Part shown: piece after piece, positions 1 to 8,919 of the stretch
How the letters are laid out: every line of letters begins with the position of its first letter
How positions within the stretch are numbered: the stretch's first letter is position 1
Virus record (IMG/VR): IMGVR_UViG_3300041955_001937
Location: 1 to 64,000 of that record
Length of the DNA stretch: 64,000 nt
Source of the DNA: a virus
Reading direction: 5' to 3' (one strand)
Translations under genes and position numbers: made by a program
The notes under the pieces: model-generated
What the model was told of the DNA's origin: nothing
Database searches by the model: none
Seen by the model: only the letters and a program-made list of their open reading frames with translations

Positions 1-462
1 TCAGCAGATGTCGAATCCGCCGCAGGCTCGCAGAAATACGACCCACTCCTTCACATCGTCTTCGTCAAGATGATAATGCCGGTCGAAGTTTTGCTGCTTG
101 CCCTTTCCGTCACACTGGCGGCATGGGGCTTTATCGTTTCCAGTGGCGTCCCGCCTCATGCCGGTGCCGTCGCAACAGCCGCATGGCTCGTCCGGAAGCT
201 GCGCGAGTGCTGCATCGCGACGCTTGACGTACGCCGCGACAGAACCATCGGCAATGAGCAGTTGCAGACGTTCCGCGAGCTTGGCTGCGCCGCTGGCGTC
301 GAGCCCGTCGCCGTCGTTGCTGTGCCAGTGTTCGCAGTCCGCCGTGATATCCGGTGCGGCGCACTCGCACAGTTGTGCGAGCGGACGCCATCCCCAAACG
401 TTACGGCGGAAGTATTCGCCTTCCGGCGAGGTAGGCTTTCTGCCAAATACGTCCATTCCCAT
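1..462 (-). CDS. Hypothetical phage/MGE protein with DnaJ-like CxxCxGxG zinc finger
   Basis: ATG at 462 with AGAGGAG RBS; motifs YFRRNVWGWRPL, HSNDGDG, CGCCDGTG and CRQCDGKG; stop at 1-3. Confidence 0.7.
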   Translation of the reverse strand: MGMDVFGRKPTSPEGEYFRRNVWGWRPLAQLCECAAPDITADCEHWHSNDGDGLDASGAAKLAERLQLLIADGSVAAYVKRRDAALAQLPDEPCGCCDGTGMRRDATGNDKAPCRQCDGKGKQQNFDRHYHLDEDDVKEWVVFLRACGGFDIC

Positions 463-486
463 GATGCTTACTCCTCTATTCGCCAC

Positions 487-677
487 GGCGGAATTGCCGC
501 AAGCAACGCGCGGGAATGGAGTGAGCCGCGCGGTCAATCAAGCGACGCCCGGCTTGCCGGGGAATGCAAAAAGCACGTTCATCTTCGCGCATATGCGCGA
601 AATGAACGCCTGCTTTTTCACGGCGCGATTGACCGCATAGCGGCGAACGTAATTACGCTCGATGGCGTGCGGCATGT
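487..677. repeat. Long hairpin element, copy A (near-identical to 1080-1267)
   Basis: GCGGTCAATC...GATTGACCGC outer stem, CCCGGCTTGCCGGG side hairpin, AAAAAGC-CGTTCAT-TTCGCG...CGCGAA-ATGAACG-GCTTTTT inner stem. Confidence 0.9.
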
Positions 678-770
678 TTACAATGTGGCCATAGCGGTAC
701 CAATCGCGAAAGCCCTAGCGCAAGAGAGAGTCGCTGGCATCGAGCGGGTCGCGCCAGCGACAAGAGCAGC

Positions 771-1055
771 CTAGCCAGGGAATAATCTGGATAGTTCTTC
801 AAGCTTGGCGGTCCCGTCCGGCGTGGATTTGAGCCGGTCGATGCGCGCGTTGAGTTCCGCCACAGAGTTGCACGCGGCGGACTCAGGTCCGGCGGAACGA
901 TGGACATGGAGCATCAGAAGAGCGCGTTGGAGGAACGTCCGGTTCCGCAGACGTTCGGCGAGAGGGCGTGACTTGCATTCGGTGGCTTCGTAGTCCGTGA
1001 TTTGGGCGCGGAAGAGATGCTCGAACCCGGCGTTTGGTAGTTGATCTGCGGTCAT
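771..1055 (-). CDS. Small hypothetical protein (MTADQL...)
   Basis: ATG at 1055 with CAGGAG RBS; N-terminus resembles 1269-1760. Confidence 0.6.
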   Translation of the reverse strand: MTADQLPNAGFEHLFRAQITDYEATECKSRPLAERLRNRTFLQRALLMLHVHRSAGPESAACNSVAELNARIDRLKSTPDGTAKLEELSRLFPG

Positions 1056-1079
1056 GATGAACTCCTGTCGTTTGCTGGC

Positions 1080-1267
1080 GGCGGAATTGCCGCAAGCGTC
1101 GCGCGGAAATGGAGTGAGCCGCGCGGTCAATCAAGCGACGCCCGGCTTGCCGGGGGATGCAAAAAGCACGTTCATCTTCGCGTTTTCGCGAAATGAACGC
1201 CTGCTTTTTCACGGCGCGATTGACCGCATAGCGGCGAACGAAATTACCATGGGCGGCGTGAGGCATG
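1080..1267. repeat. Long hairpin element, copy B
   Basis: Direct repeat of 487-677 with a different terminal loop (TTTT). Confidence 0.9.
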
Positions 1268-1268
1268 G

Positions 1269-1760
1269 TCATGGCAGTCTGGGTTCGAGCGTCAGATGAA
1301 CCCTGTTTGGCAGTGCGCGGAGGCGCTGCGCAAAACGGGCTGTGAGCACGGCGTCCACGGGGAGGCGGATGCCGGTTTGGAATTCAGGACTCACGAATTC
1401 GGGACGCACAAGGAGCGCGCCGCCGAAGACGATGTCGAAACCGTTCCTATCTTTGTGCAGGCTGTGATGCGCACCGCGCCGTGTCGGACGGCGAAGGCGC
1501 AAAGTGAGCCTGAGTGGTTTTTGTCGTATTGGGAAAGCGAAGCGTACCGACAGTCCGAGACGCAGATGGGGTGTAGCGGCTGTGTACCCGAAGCCATGGT
1601 TATCGCGGCGCACTTTTACACGGCCGGTGTTTTTGTTTAAGCGGGTTCGCATGGCTTCGTTTGGAAATCGCGGCGGAAAGCGGTTGTTATCCTCGTGTTC
1701 GAAAATTTGCAATTGAACGAGGCGCTCGAACTTGTGGTGCATGAGATGATCTGCGGTCAT
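1269..1760 (-). CDS. Hypothetical protein (MTADHL...)
   Basis: ORF with CAGGAG RBS; leader and first codons shared with 771-1055. Confidence 0.55.
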   Translation of the reverse strand: MTADHLMHHKFERLVQLQIFEHEDNNRFPPRFPNEAMRTRLNKNTGRVKVRRDNHGFGYTAATPHLRLGLSVRFAFPIRQKPLRLTLRLRRPTRRGAHHSLHKDRNGFDIVFGGALLVRPEFVSPEFQTGIRLPVDAVLTARFAQRLRALPNRVHLTLEPRLP

Positions 1761-1815
1761 GTGAACTCCTGTTGTGTGCTGGCGGCAGGATTGCCGCCAG
1801 TTTGAACGAATATGC

Positions 1816-2097
1816 TTACGGCTCGACTTCGACGGCGCTGAAAGCGGCGTGGGTGATGCGTCGGAGAACGGGTGAGGATTGCAGGCGCTTCTTCGCGATC
1901 TGGATAGCCTCGCGCTGGGTGGGGGCGAAGACAGTGATTGCCAGAGTTTCGTCGGCGGTTTCGATGTCGCTGACGTAAATGTCGAAGCTTTTCTTTTCCG
2001 CCTTCACCTTGCCGAATCGGCGTTCCGACGGCACGGGACTGACGACCTGGCTGCGACGAAAAGACTGCGGGAGTTGAGGTGTTTTGGACTTCGTCAT
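1816..2097 (-). CDS. Small hypothetical protein
   Basis: 93-aa ORF with GAAAGGAA RBS, downstream of hairpin C. Confidence 0.6.
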   Translation of the reverse strand: MTKSKTPQLPQSFRRSQVVSPVPSERRFGKVKAEKKSFDIYVSDIETADETLAITVFAPTQREAIQIAKKRLQSSPVLRRITHAAFSAVEVEP

Positions 2098-2161
2098 GGT
2101 TGTTCCTTTCAGTTTTCGAGGCGCGGCCTAGTCCGCGTCCTTGAAAACGAATGGATGTATT

Positions 2162-2292
2162 ACTGCCACGGCCGCGTCGGGCGCCCGTCAAGCCCCTTTT
2201 ACCCGAAGGGTCCAAGAAGCAATTTCGTCTTCGCGCTGGCGAAACGAAATTGTCTTGTTGGAGGGCTTTACGGGCAACGCGGTTGTGGCAGT
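2162..2292. repeat. Long hairpin element, diverged copy C
   Basis: ACTGCCAC...GTGGCAGT and CCCGTCAAGCCC...GGGCTTTACGGG stems, CCCTT..AAGGG side hairpin, CAATTTCGT...ACGAAATTG inner stem. Confidence 0.8.
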
Positions 2293-2303
2293 TCTGGACG
2301 CAA

Positions 2304-2492
2304 TCACGAGAACTTCCGCTCGCCGCGTTCGTACAATTCGCGAAGGTCGAGGCTGTTGTGAACGATGACGCCGTCAATCTCGCTCGGACGGCACCAGCAG
2401 TCGACTGGCATGTGCTCGCGCAGGTCGCCAATGGGGTAGACCTGATCTCCCTTGACCAGCCATCCCGCCTTCCGGCCGTCCAGCCGCACCAT
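2304..2492 (-). CDS. Small hypothetical protein (PIGDLREH-CWCRP-VIVHNSLD)
   Basis: C-terminal part of the 2304-3020 ORF; His/Cys pattern resembles a small phage protein family. Confidence 0.45.
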   Translation of the reverse strand: MVRLDGRKAGWLVKGDQVYPIGDLREHMPVDCWCRPSEIDGVIVHNSLDLRELYERGERKFS

Positions 2493-2658
2493 CCTGCCGC
2501 TCCCGAGTTCGGTTTTGACCGGGGTACTGTACAGGAAAAATGAGAAACTGGCCAGCCTGAGGCGACGGGCGAGGCGCCGGAACACGGCATCCTTGGTCCG
2601 CGAAGAAAGGCCAGCCAGCGGATCGGAATCCGCCGACTGGCCGACTTGACGCCAGGGA

Positions 2659-2943
2659 CTATGCGGCTTCAGCTTCGGAATCCTGAGGCTGCTGGGCCGG
2701 ACGGTCTGCAGCCCGGAGCTTGACGACTTCCGTGTGCGCGAGATCGGCGACTTTGGCCAGCAGTAGGAGTTCGTCAGAAGAGAAGCTGGTCGAGCCCTTC
2801 CAGTTGCCTTCTTTGTCCTTGTAACGGCGTTCGAAAGCCGTGGAGTAGAAGGTCTCGCCGTCTTTGCTTTCGTTGCGCCAGATCGTTGCGGTGACCGGGT
2901 ACAGCGTGACGCGGGCGGCGGGTTTCTTGTTGGAGTCGGACAT
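2659..2943 (-). CDS. Small putative ssDNA-binding protein
   Basis: ATG at 2943 with GAAAGGAA RBS; motif ATIWRN...FERRYKD.EGNWK.S.SF..DELLLLAKVADLAH and an acidic tail; the ssDNA-binding role is inference. Confidence 0.6.
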   Translation of the reverse strand: MSDSNKKPAARVTLYPVTATIWRNESKDGETFYSTAFERRYKDKEGNWKGSTSFSSDELLLLAKVADLAHTEVVKLRAADRPAQQPQDSEAEAA

Positions 2944-2999
2944 GATGTTTCCTTTCGTGGTTGCTGGATGCGGAAGTGCAGCCAGTGAGGTCGCACAAA

Positions 3000-3129
3000 T
3001 GCAGTGAAGCGCGCCGTCAACCCTGGGCTGCCCTGCTTGCAGGGTTCGGAAAAGCAATTTCGTCTGTCGCGCCGTGGCGCGCAACGACATTGTCTTTTCG
3101 GCAGCCGGGTGGACGGCAGTAGCGCTGCA
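3000..3129. repeat. Long hairpin element, diverged copy D
   Basis: TGCAG...CTGCA and GCCGTCAACCC...GGGTGGACGGC stems, CCCTGCTTGCAGGG side hairpin, AAGCAATTTCGTCT shared with copy C. Confidence 0.8.
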
Positions 3130-3368
3130 CGGAATTAGCGTTACCTCAACTGGCTCTGGTCGCATCTGAGCCGAAGGGCAAGGAGAGATCAAGGGCCGAA
3201 ACAATTACGGAAGCCGATGCGGTGAGACGCAGACATACACGGGTATTCAGCGCGGCGATTTGTGTCACGGGAATGATTCTCAAGGCACCGAATACCTTCG
3301 CTCTAGAGAGAAGCAGTTCACAGCGAAGTCAGCACATCGACACAATCAAAGTATCGGCCGAATCGTTC

Positions 3369-6300
3369 TCAGGCCGTGCGGGCAGCCAGGTCATCGAGCC
3401 TTTGCGTACATATCACTTCACGTCGGCGGTCGCCGATCTCCTGAGAAATCTTCATGGCCTGCTCATAGAACGCTTTGGCTTCCCCCCAATGAGTACGGCG
3501 TGTTGCAACGTCACCCAAACCGATAATGCAATGAATCGTCTGTTCCTGATCTCGTTCGTTCTCGAAAAGGGATAGAGCCTTTTGGTAATGATCCTCCGCC
3601 CCTGCCCGGTCGTCTTGATCCAACGCGATCTCTCCGAGTTGCAAGGCCAGCCGCGCCCGAGCGTCGCCATTTTGACGGCGGCTGCTGAGTCGTCTGAGAC
3701 CTTCCTCGGCTTCGCGAATCCAGATCGCAGCCTCTGAGGGTAATTTTCGCGCCAAGTAAATCACGCTCAATCTGACGGTCGCGTCGAAAGCAGCATCGAC
3801 GTTGCCAACCAATCGTCCGGTTTCGACGGCTTGCTTGTAATGGGCCACCGCGTCGTCAAGCTCATCGCATTCAGAGGCATTATGGCCAAGAAGGAGCAGG
3901 CAGACGGCCTCGTTCCACTTATCGCCAATCGTTCTGAGTTCTTCCAACGTCTCCTTGCCGCGAGTTGCGGCGGCTGAATAGTCTCCCTGCAGAAGCGCTA
4001 GCTTAATGAATCCAATATCGATTCTGCTCAAACCCGGTCGATCCTTGGCTCCGGTAAAAAGTCGCCGAGCATCCTGCAAGAGGGTCCCAGCGATGTCATA
4101 CTGCTTGAGATCGATAGCAAGTTCACTGAGACCAGCGATTGCGTCGGCCTCGGCCGAGGCATAATCTTCTGCCCTCGCGATTGACAGGGCCTCTTCAAAA
4201 CATTCCCGAGCCCATGCGTAGTCTTTTTCATCGCGCTTGATGTCGCCTATACGGCAGAGGCAATCAAATACACCAAGTCTGTCTCCCGTGAATGTGAAGA
4301 TGTCTTTCACCTCGTGGTAAGCGTCAGCCGAAACTGATTGGCCTCGATAACGTTTTATCTCTTCCAACTCAAATAGACATGTTCCCTTTCCGTGCCAATC
4401 GGTCATGGCTTCATAGATCTTTTTTGCCGCGTCAAAGTATGCTTCTGCTTTTTCGAGATTATCGTGGGAAAGTGAAAACCTGCCCAGACAGACGCTGGCA
4501 TCAGCAACCGCAATCTTGCTGCGAAACGCTCGCTCGATTCTTCTGGCTTTTAGTCGTTGGGCACCGTTGGGTAATATAGAGTCCGCCAGCGTCGTTTTGA
4601 TGGGTGTCTCCAAGGGGTCGAACCACGTGGCCTCTCCCATCTCTAATGACTGCCCGACTGCCCACGTGACGTTCGGAAACTCGTCTGACAATCGCGCCAA
4701 AGGGCCCTGAAGGAACTCCTCAGTTTCCTCAACCCGAGCCGGCCCGCGGTCCGACGAAAGATCGTGCAGCGCGAAGGCAACTCCCATGAAATGCCGCCTA
4801 ATCGGAGCAGTATCGGCATGGATTGCGGGATAGCGGCGGCTCACATAATCACGCAGCAGCGGCGAAAGACGAAGCCTGCCGCTCTCCCGAGATACGATTG
4901 CCATCTGGATGAGCTCTTGGGCGCTGTCAAAGGCGGAAGGCCCGCCGAAGGCGTCTCCGATCTCGTCTTCCAGAATTCCGATAGGCAGGCATGCGAGAAG
5001 TCTGAGCATGTGACGAGCATCCTCGCTTAGGTGCTCCAATACAAAGTCGTAGGTGCGTGGGAGACTGTCCTCACGCTTATCATTACTCAATCGTTTGAGT
5101 ATCAGAGTGCCCTGATCTTGCCATCGCCTTACGAGAATTCCCAGGTCCGCGCCGATCGCTTGGTGCGCAAGGAGTTCGATTGCGCGCGGTATTCCAGCAA
5201 GATCATCAAGCAGCGCCGGGAGACGCGTGTCATCAAGATGGCGCCAGTTATCGCCGATATTACAGAACATTGCCATGGCATCCGTCGGAGACAGTGCTGT
5301 CGGTTCGATTGGTGCGCTCCAATTGATGCCGCCGGGCGGTACTCTACCGTGGCGGGTGACGATGACCCAGACATTCGGAAGGCCGCACAAGACCCGCAAA
5401 AAGTTCACGCTCTCGACTGGGTCATTCTTGTGGAGAGTTTCAAAGTTATCGATGACGCAGGCTGCAGGAGCCTCGCTGAGGCGACGCCAGACTTGTCCTT
5501 CGAGCGGAACAGATGTCAACGCTCCTGATGCGTCGTGCTCCCCAGCCGGCGTTAGCCCAAACCATTTGCTCGCAATGTACTGTTTTAGATCCTCCGCCGA
5601 TTCGCGTCCGTCGCACCGGAACCAGAATCGGCGCTCCTTGAATTGTTGAATCGTCCTCGGGTCGTTCAGAAGTCTCAGAGCCAGGGCGCTCTTTCCAATG
5701 CCGGGTGCTCCCCATATCAGAAGCGCCGTCGGAATGTCGGTCGGCCATCTGCTCAGCGCTGCTTCGATTTCGTCCTCTCTGCCGAAGAGACGCCCGAAAG
5801 CCGGAACTCCGTGCAAGTGGCGCGTGGGCTGGTCGACAGAATTATTATCCGCCACTTCTGCGAGCATCTCGGGCAGCGGCCCAAATCCCCGTTGGGTCCA
5901 TTCTCGCTGTCCGTTTCCGTCATCGAACTTGTCCGCCAGCATAACGAGACCGTAACCGAAACCGCGGATGTTTACGATGAATATCGGGTCCTCGATATCG
6001 TCGCCAAGACGCTCCCTGAGATCACTAACTTGCCTTCGCAGGTAGTTTTCGTGGTCGGTGCCTGTATATCCGACCGCGTCAAGGATATCTTCTTTCGCAA
6101 AGTCGCGGCTCCCAGAGGTCAGGAGCTTAAGGATTTGCAAAGGAACGCCATTTTTAGCTACTAAGGCAAAATTCGCCGAACCGGCGGTGACGGTTCGGCG
6201 GAAAAGCAACAGTATTTCATCAGCAGAACCGGGCGTTCGGATCGCCAGGCACTGATCCCCCAAAAATCTATACTCCACATGTCGCGCCATCGGGAATGGG

Positions 6301-6386
6301 CTCGGCTCCGCCGAGTTTCTGAGGATATCATGCGCAGGGGGGAGGACTTGGAGTTCCTCGGCGCCATCTCCCGTCGTTTCTTGCAC
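3369..6386 (-). CDS. OmpR-type winged HTH + STAND (NB-ARC-like) NTPase + TPR protein (alternative start 6290)
   Basis: wHTH LRERLGDD...IVNIRGFGY; Walker A GAPGIGKS; Walker B CVIDNFE; GIPRAIELLA; many C-terminal TPR-like repeats. Confidence 0.85.
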   Translation of the reverse strand: MQETTGDGAEELQVLPPAHDILRNSAEPSPFPMARHVEYRFLGDQCLAIRTPGSADEILLLFRRTVTAGSANFALVAKNGVPLQILKLLTSGSRDFAKEDILDAVGYTGTDHENYLRRQVSDLRERLGDDIEDPIFIVNIRGFGYGLVMLADKFDDGNGQREWTQRGFGPLPEMLAEVADNNSVDQPTRHLHGVPAFGRLFGREDEIEAALSRWPTDIPTALLIWGAPGIGKSALALRLLNDPRTIQQFKERRFWFRCDGRESAEDLKQYIASKWFGLTPAGEHDASGALTSVPLEGQVWRRLSEAPAACVIDNFETLHKNDPVESVNFLRVLCGLPNVWVIVTRHGRVPPGGINWSAPIEPTALSPTDAMAMFCNIGDNWRHLDDTRLPALLDDLAGIPRAIELLAHQAIGADLGILVRRWQDQGTLILKRLSNDKREDSLPRTYDFVLEHLSEDARHMLRLLACLPIGILEDEIGDAFGGPSAFDSAQELIQMAIVSRESGRLRLSPLLRDYVSRRYPAIHADTAPIRRHFMGVAFALHDLSSDRGPARVEETEEFLQGPLARLSDEFPNVTWAVGQSLEMGEATWFDPLETPIKTTLADSILPNGAQRLKARRIERAFRSKIAVADASVCLGRFSLSHDNLEKAEAYFDAAKKIYEAMTDWHGKGTCLFELEEIKRYRGQSVSADAYHEVKDIFTFTGDRLGVFDCLCRIGDIKRDEKDYAWARECFEEALSIARAEDYASAEADAIAGLSELAIDLKQYDIAGTLLQDARRLFTGAKDRPGLSRIDIGFIKLALLQGDYSAAATRGKETLEELRTIGDKWNEAVCLLLLGHNASECDELDDAVAHYKQAVETGRLVGNVDAAFDATVRLSVIYLARKLPSEAAIWIREAEEGLRRLSSRRQNGDARARLALQLGEIALDQDDRAGAEDHYQKALSLFENERDQEQTIHCIIGLGDVATRRTHWGEAKAFYEQAMKISQEIGDRRREVICTQRLDDLAARTA

Positions 6387-6444
6387 TTACCAGAGTTGGC
6401 TGGTAGGCTCCGCAGCCCCCTATTCAACCTTGTGGGAGACGGGT

Positions 6445-6789
6445 ATGGGCGTTAGGAGCGAGGTCTATCAGGTAACAATCGAACGCGATCCCGCCACGGG
6501 GGTCGTGGTCCGAGAGACGTGGGCAAACGAAGAACAATTGCCTCACCGTCCAGACGGTCCTGCCCAAATTAACCGCGATTCGAAAACCGGCGTCATTACG
6601 AGCGAGGCATGGCTTCAAAACGGGCACCTTGATCGTCTGGATGGCCCGGCACAGATTCTACGGAACGCGAAGACAGGATCGATATATTACAGCGCATGGT
6701 ATCGGAGAGGGCGTAAGATCCAGGCACCCAAGAGCCCGCGCACCCGGTCAAAGGCGACTTCAAAGAACGCTCTGCCGCGTCTAGGCTAG
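6445..6789 (+). CDS. Small beta-repeat protein with HRxDGPA repeats
   Basis: HRPDGPAQI and DRLDGPAQI repeats; GGGAG RBS. Confidence 0.65.
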   Translation: MGVRSEVYQVTIERDPATGVVVRETWANEEQLPHRPDGPAQINRDSKTGVITSEAWLQNGHLDRLDGPAQILRNAKTGSIYYSAWYRRGRKIQAPKSPRTRSKATSKNALPRLG

Positions 6790-6952
6790 CTACTTTCCGG
6801 CGCAAAAATGCTAAATTCTGCCCATGGGACCACGCGCGTTGCGCTCATGGCTCGGTAACCTCTGTTGATAACACGAGACTTCATTCCGAGCCGTGACCGT
6901 GAGGGAGCGGTACTCAAAGGCGAGAACCGAATTTTGCGCCGGAAAGTAGCTA
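6787..6952. repeat. 21-bp perfect inverted repeat enclosing a nested hairpin
   Basis: TAGCTACTTTCCGGCGCAAAA (6787-6807) and TTTTGCGCCGGAAAGTAGCTA (6932-6952); internal TCATGGCTCGG/CCGAGCCGTGA. Confidence 0.85.
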
Positions 6953-7108
6953 AGCTAGCCAGCCCTACGGCATAAGAGCCTCGCGCCCTCGCTGCTTCCC
7001 TCATTTTCAACTGGCTTGCGTGTGTGAAGAGAAGCGTGAACGAAGTTCACGGGCAATCACATGGACGTCTATCACCGATCTGCCTCATGATCGGGTCGTA
7101 CGGCGAAT

Positions 7109-8260
7109 TTGGCAAAGCGAGATTCGCCGGGAAAGGGAGCGAACGTGAACGTGCTTGCTGAACACGACGAAGCCGGAGTTCTCGACGGTCTGTCTGTGCC
7201 GGTCAGAAGCTTCGAAGTCACTACTGATACAAAAAATAGGCACTCCGAAGAAAGCGGACGGCAACCGGGAACAAATGCCGCGACGTTCAGCGGGTTGATC
7301 GCCGCTGTGAGGGAATGGGAATCCGAGATATCCCAGATCGCCGTTTGCCCGAGAGATCTGCGTTTTTTTTCGCGAGGTGTCACGCACGGAGAACGCTTCT
7401 TCGGGTTGGATGAACCCGCCAGGAACCGTTTATTCCGCAAGGTAGGAGCCCCAATTGGATACCTGACGGAACATACTTCTGCTTTCCAGGCCGCGGCACT
7501 CGCCGAACACGCGAATCGCGGGGATTTTGGTTTGACTGCCAAGCTCGTCGTCCGCAACGACCAGATTATAACCTCGCTGAAGGATAATCTGCTAGCTCTT
7601 TCGAACGCTTCCGTTTTGACGGCCGTAACGGATGCTTTAGGTCGCGACGTAGATAACCTTTTGATTCGAAAGTTCGATGTTGATTACGATCATCTGGAAG
7701 TCGTCTTAGTGAGCCCGTCCAAAGCCATCACCGTGCGGGCCGGCGATGTCGTTCAATCCGGCCTTCGCATCACGCATCATCGGTTTGGCGGTCCGGCGAC
7801 ATTGGTCGAAGCCTTCGTCTACCGGCTCGTATGCTCCAACGGCATGACCCGCCGGGAATGTGTGGGGGAAGGGAGTTCGCGTACCCGGAAGCTTCCCATT
7901 GACGACCCCGGCAGCCACGAATTGCAGATGAACCAGATTTATCGGGTTACGTTCAAGGCAACCCGCGACCGCCGCGCACATGTGGAGGAGTTGCTCGGGC
8001 GATGGCTTCAACGCGGGAGGTTGTCGCCGAGACTGTTGCTGCCTCGGCTGATGCATGCGTGGAGAGAAGAAGGCTCTGAGGACACAGTCTACGGTGCCGT
8101 GAACGCCCTTACGAGGGTGGCCACGCATGACACCGAATTGAGGGATCGTCAGCGCCGCGCCTTGACGGTGCTGGGTGGTCTGCTTGCGTTTTCGCAGACG
8201 CATATCTGCGATCGGTGCTTCTCGATCTTGGCGACCGGGACGGAAAGCGTCAGCCTCTGA
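7109..8260 (+). CDS. DUF932-like protein (start uncertain)
   Basis: GDVVQSGLRI...VYRLVCSNGM and TVYGAVNALTRVA motifs. Confidence 0.65.
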   Translation: MAKRDSPGKGANVNVLAEHDEAGVLDGLSVPVRSFEVTTDTKNRHSEESGRQPGTNAATFSGLIAAVREWESEISQIAVCPRDLRFFSRGVTHGERFFGLDEPARNRLFRKVGAPIGYLTEHTSAFQAAALAEHANRGDFGLTAKLVVRNDQIITSLKDNLLALSNASVLTAVTDALGRDVDNLLIRKFDVDYDHLEVVLVSPSKAITVRAGDVVQSGLRITHHRFGGPATLVEAFVYRLVCSNGMTRRECVGEGSSRTRKLPIDDPGSHELQMNQIYRVTFKATRDRRAHVEELLGRWLQRGRLSPRLLLPRLMHAWREEGSEDTVYGAVNALTRVATHDTELRDRQRRALTVLGGLLAFSQTHICDRCFSILATGTESVSL

Positions 8261-8463
8261 CCCGTGCTGGTGGCTGGGCCGGGCGGCAGATGGCTTGCCC
8301 GGTCTGACCGGCGCAGCACTCTAACGCTCAGGTTTCGCACGCAACAGAAAATCGTCGGACCGCCCTGCGCCGAACTGTGCGCGTGGCCGAGTCGAAGACT
8401 GGCCGGAGGTCCTACCAGACCTCCCGCCGGTAGTTGGGAATGAGTTCGTTTCGGAGAGATGAC

Positions 8464-8919
8464 ATGGCAGAAATCATGACGCAGACTGCTCACGCCGATC
8501 CGGCGGGAGTCCTGAATAGGGCGAATGGACGCCTGAGAGAAGAACGCAACGGAGTCAGCCAAGAGGCGCCTGTTAGCCCGGCGGCGACCGCCCCAACCAC
8601 AATCGATGCTCCCGCCGCCGCGAAGCGCGCCCGGAAAACGCTTCAAGATCGGCTGCAGGAGGTCATCGAGCAACAGCAGCAATTGACCGCTCAAAAGCGT
8701 GCGCTCGCAGCGCAGCAACGGGCGGAGGCACGGGCTCGCACAGCCCAACTGGACAGCATGATCGGCGCGGCGTGCCGGGCCGACAAATCGACTCATGCAG
8801 TGGTCAAGACCGCGATCGATAAGCAGGTTCTCGATCCGAAGCTGAGAGCCTTCCTGAAGGCCGAAGGCTGGCTCGTCGGCTCTGCTCCCGCTCGCGTTAA
8901 GGGGGCCGAAAATGAGTAA
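8464..8919 (+). CDS. Small coiled-coil protein, possibly a mobilization accessory (MobC/TraD-like)
   Basis: GGAGA RBS; coiled coil followed by MIGAA; first gene of the operon leading to TOPRIM/VirD4. Confidence 0.45.
   Translation: MAEIMTQTAHADPAGVLNRANGRLREERNGVSQEAPVSPAATAPTTIDAPAAAKRARKTLQDRLQEVIEQQQQLTAQKRALAAQQRAEARARTAQLDSMIGAACRADKSTHAVVKTAIDKQVLDPKLRAFLKAEGWLVGSAPARVKGAENE

Noticed and set aside
487-1267. Direct repeats as IS ends or att sites
   Set aside because: No transposase; internal palindromic architecture is shared with diverged copies C and D
8261-8460. Possible oriT upstream of the mob-like gene
   Set aside because: No recognisable nic consensus and no relaxase in the window
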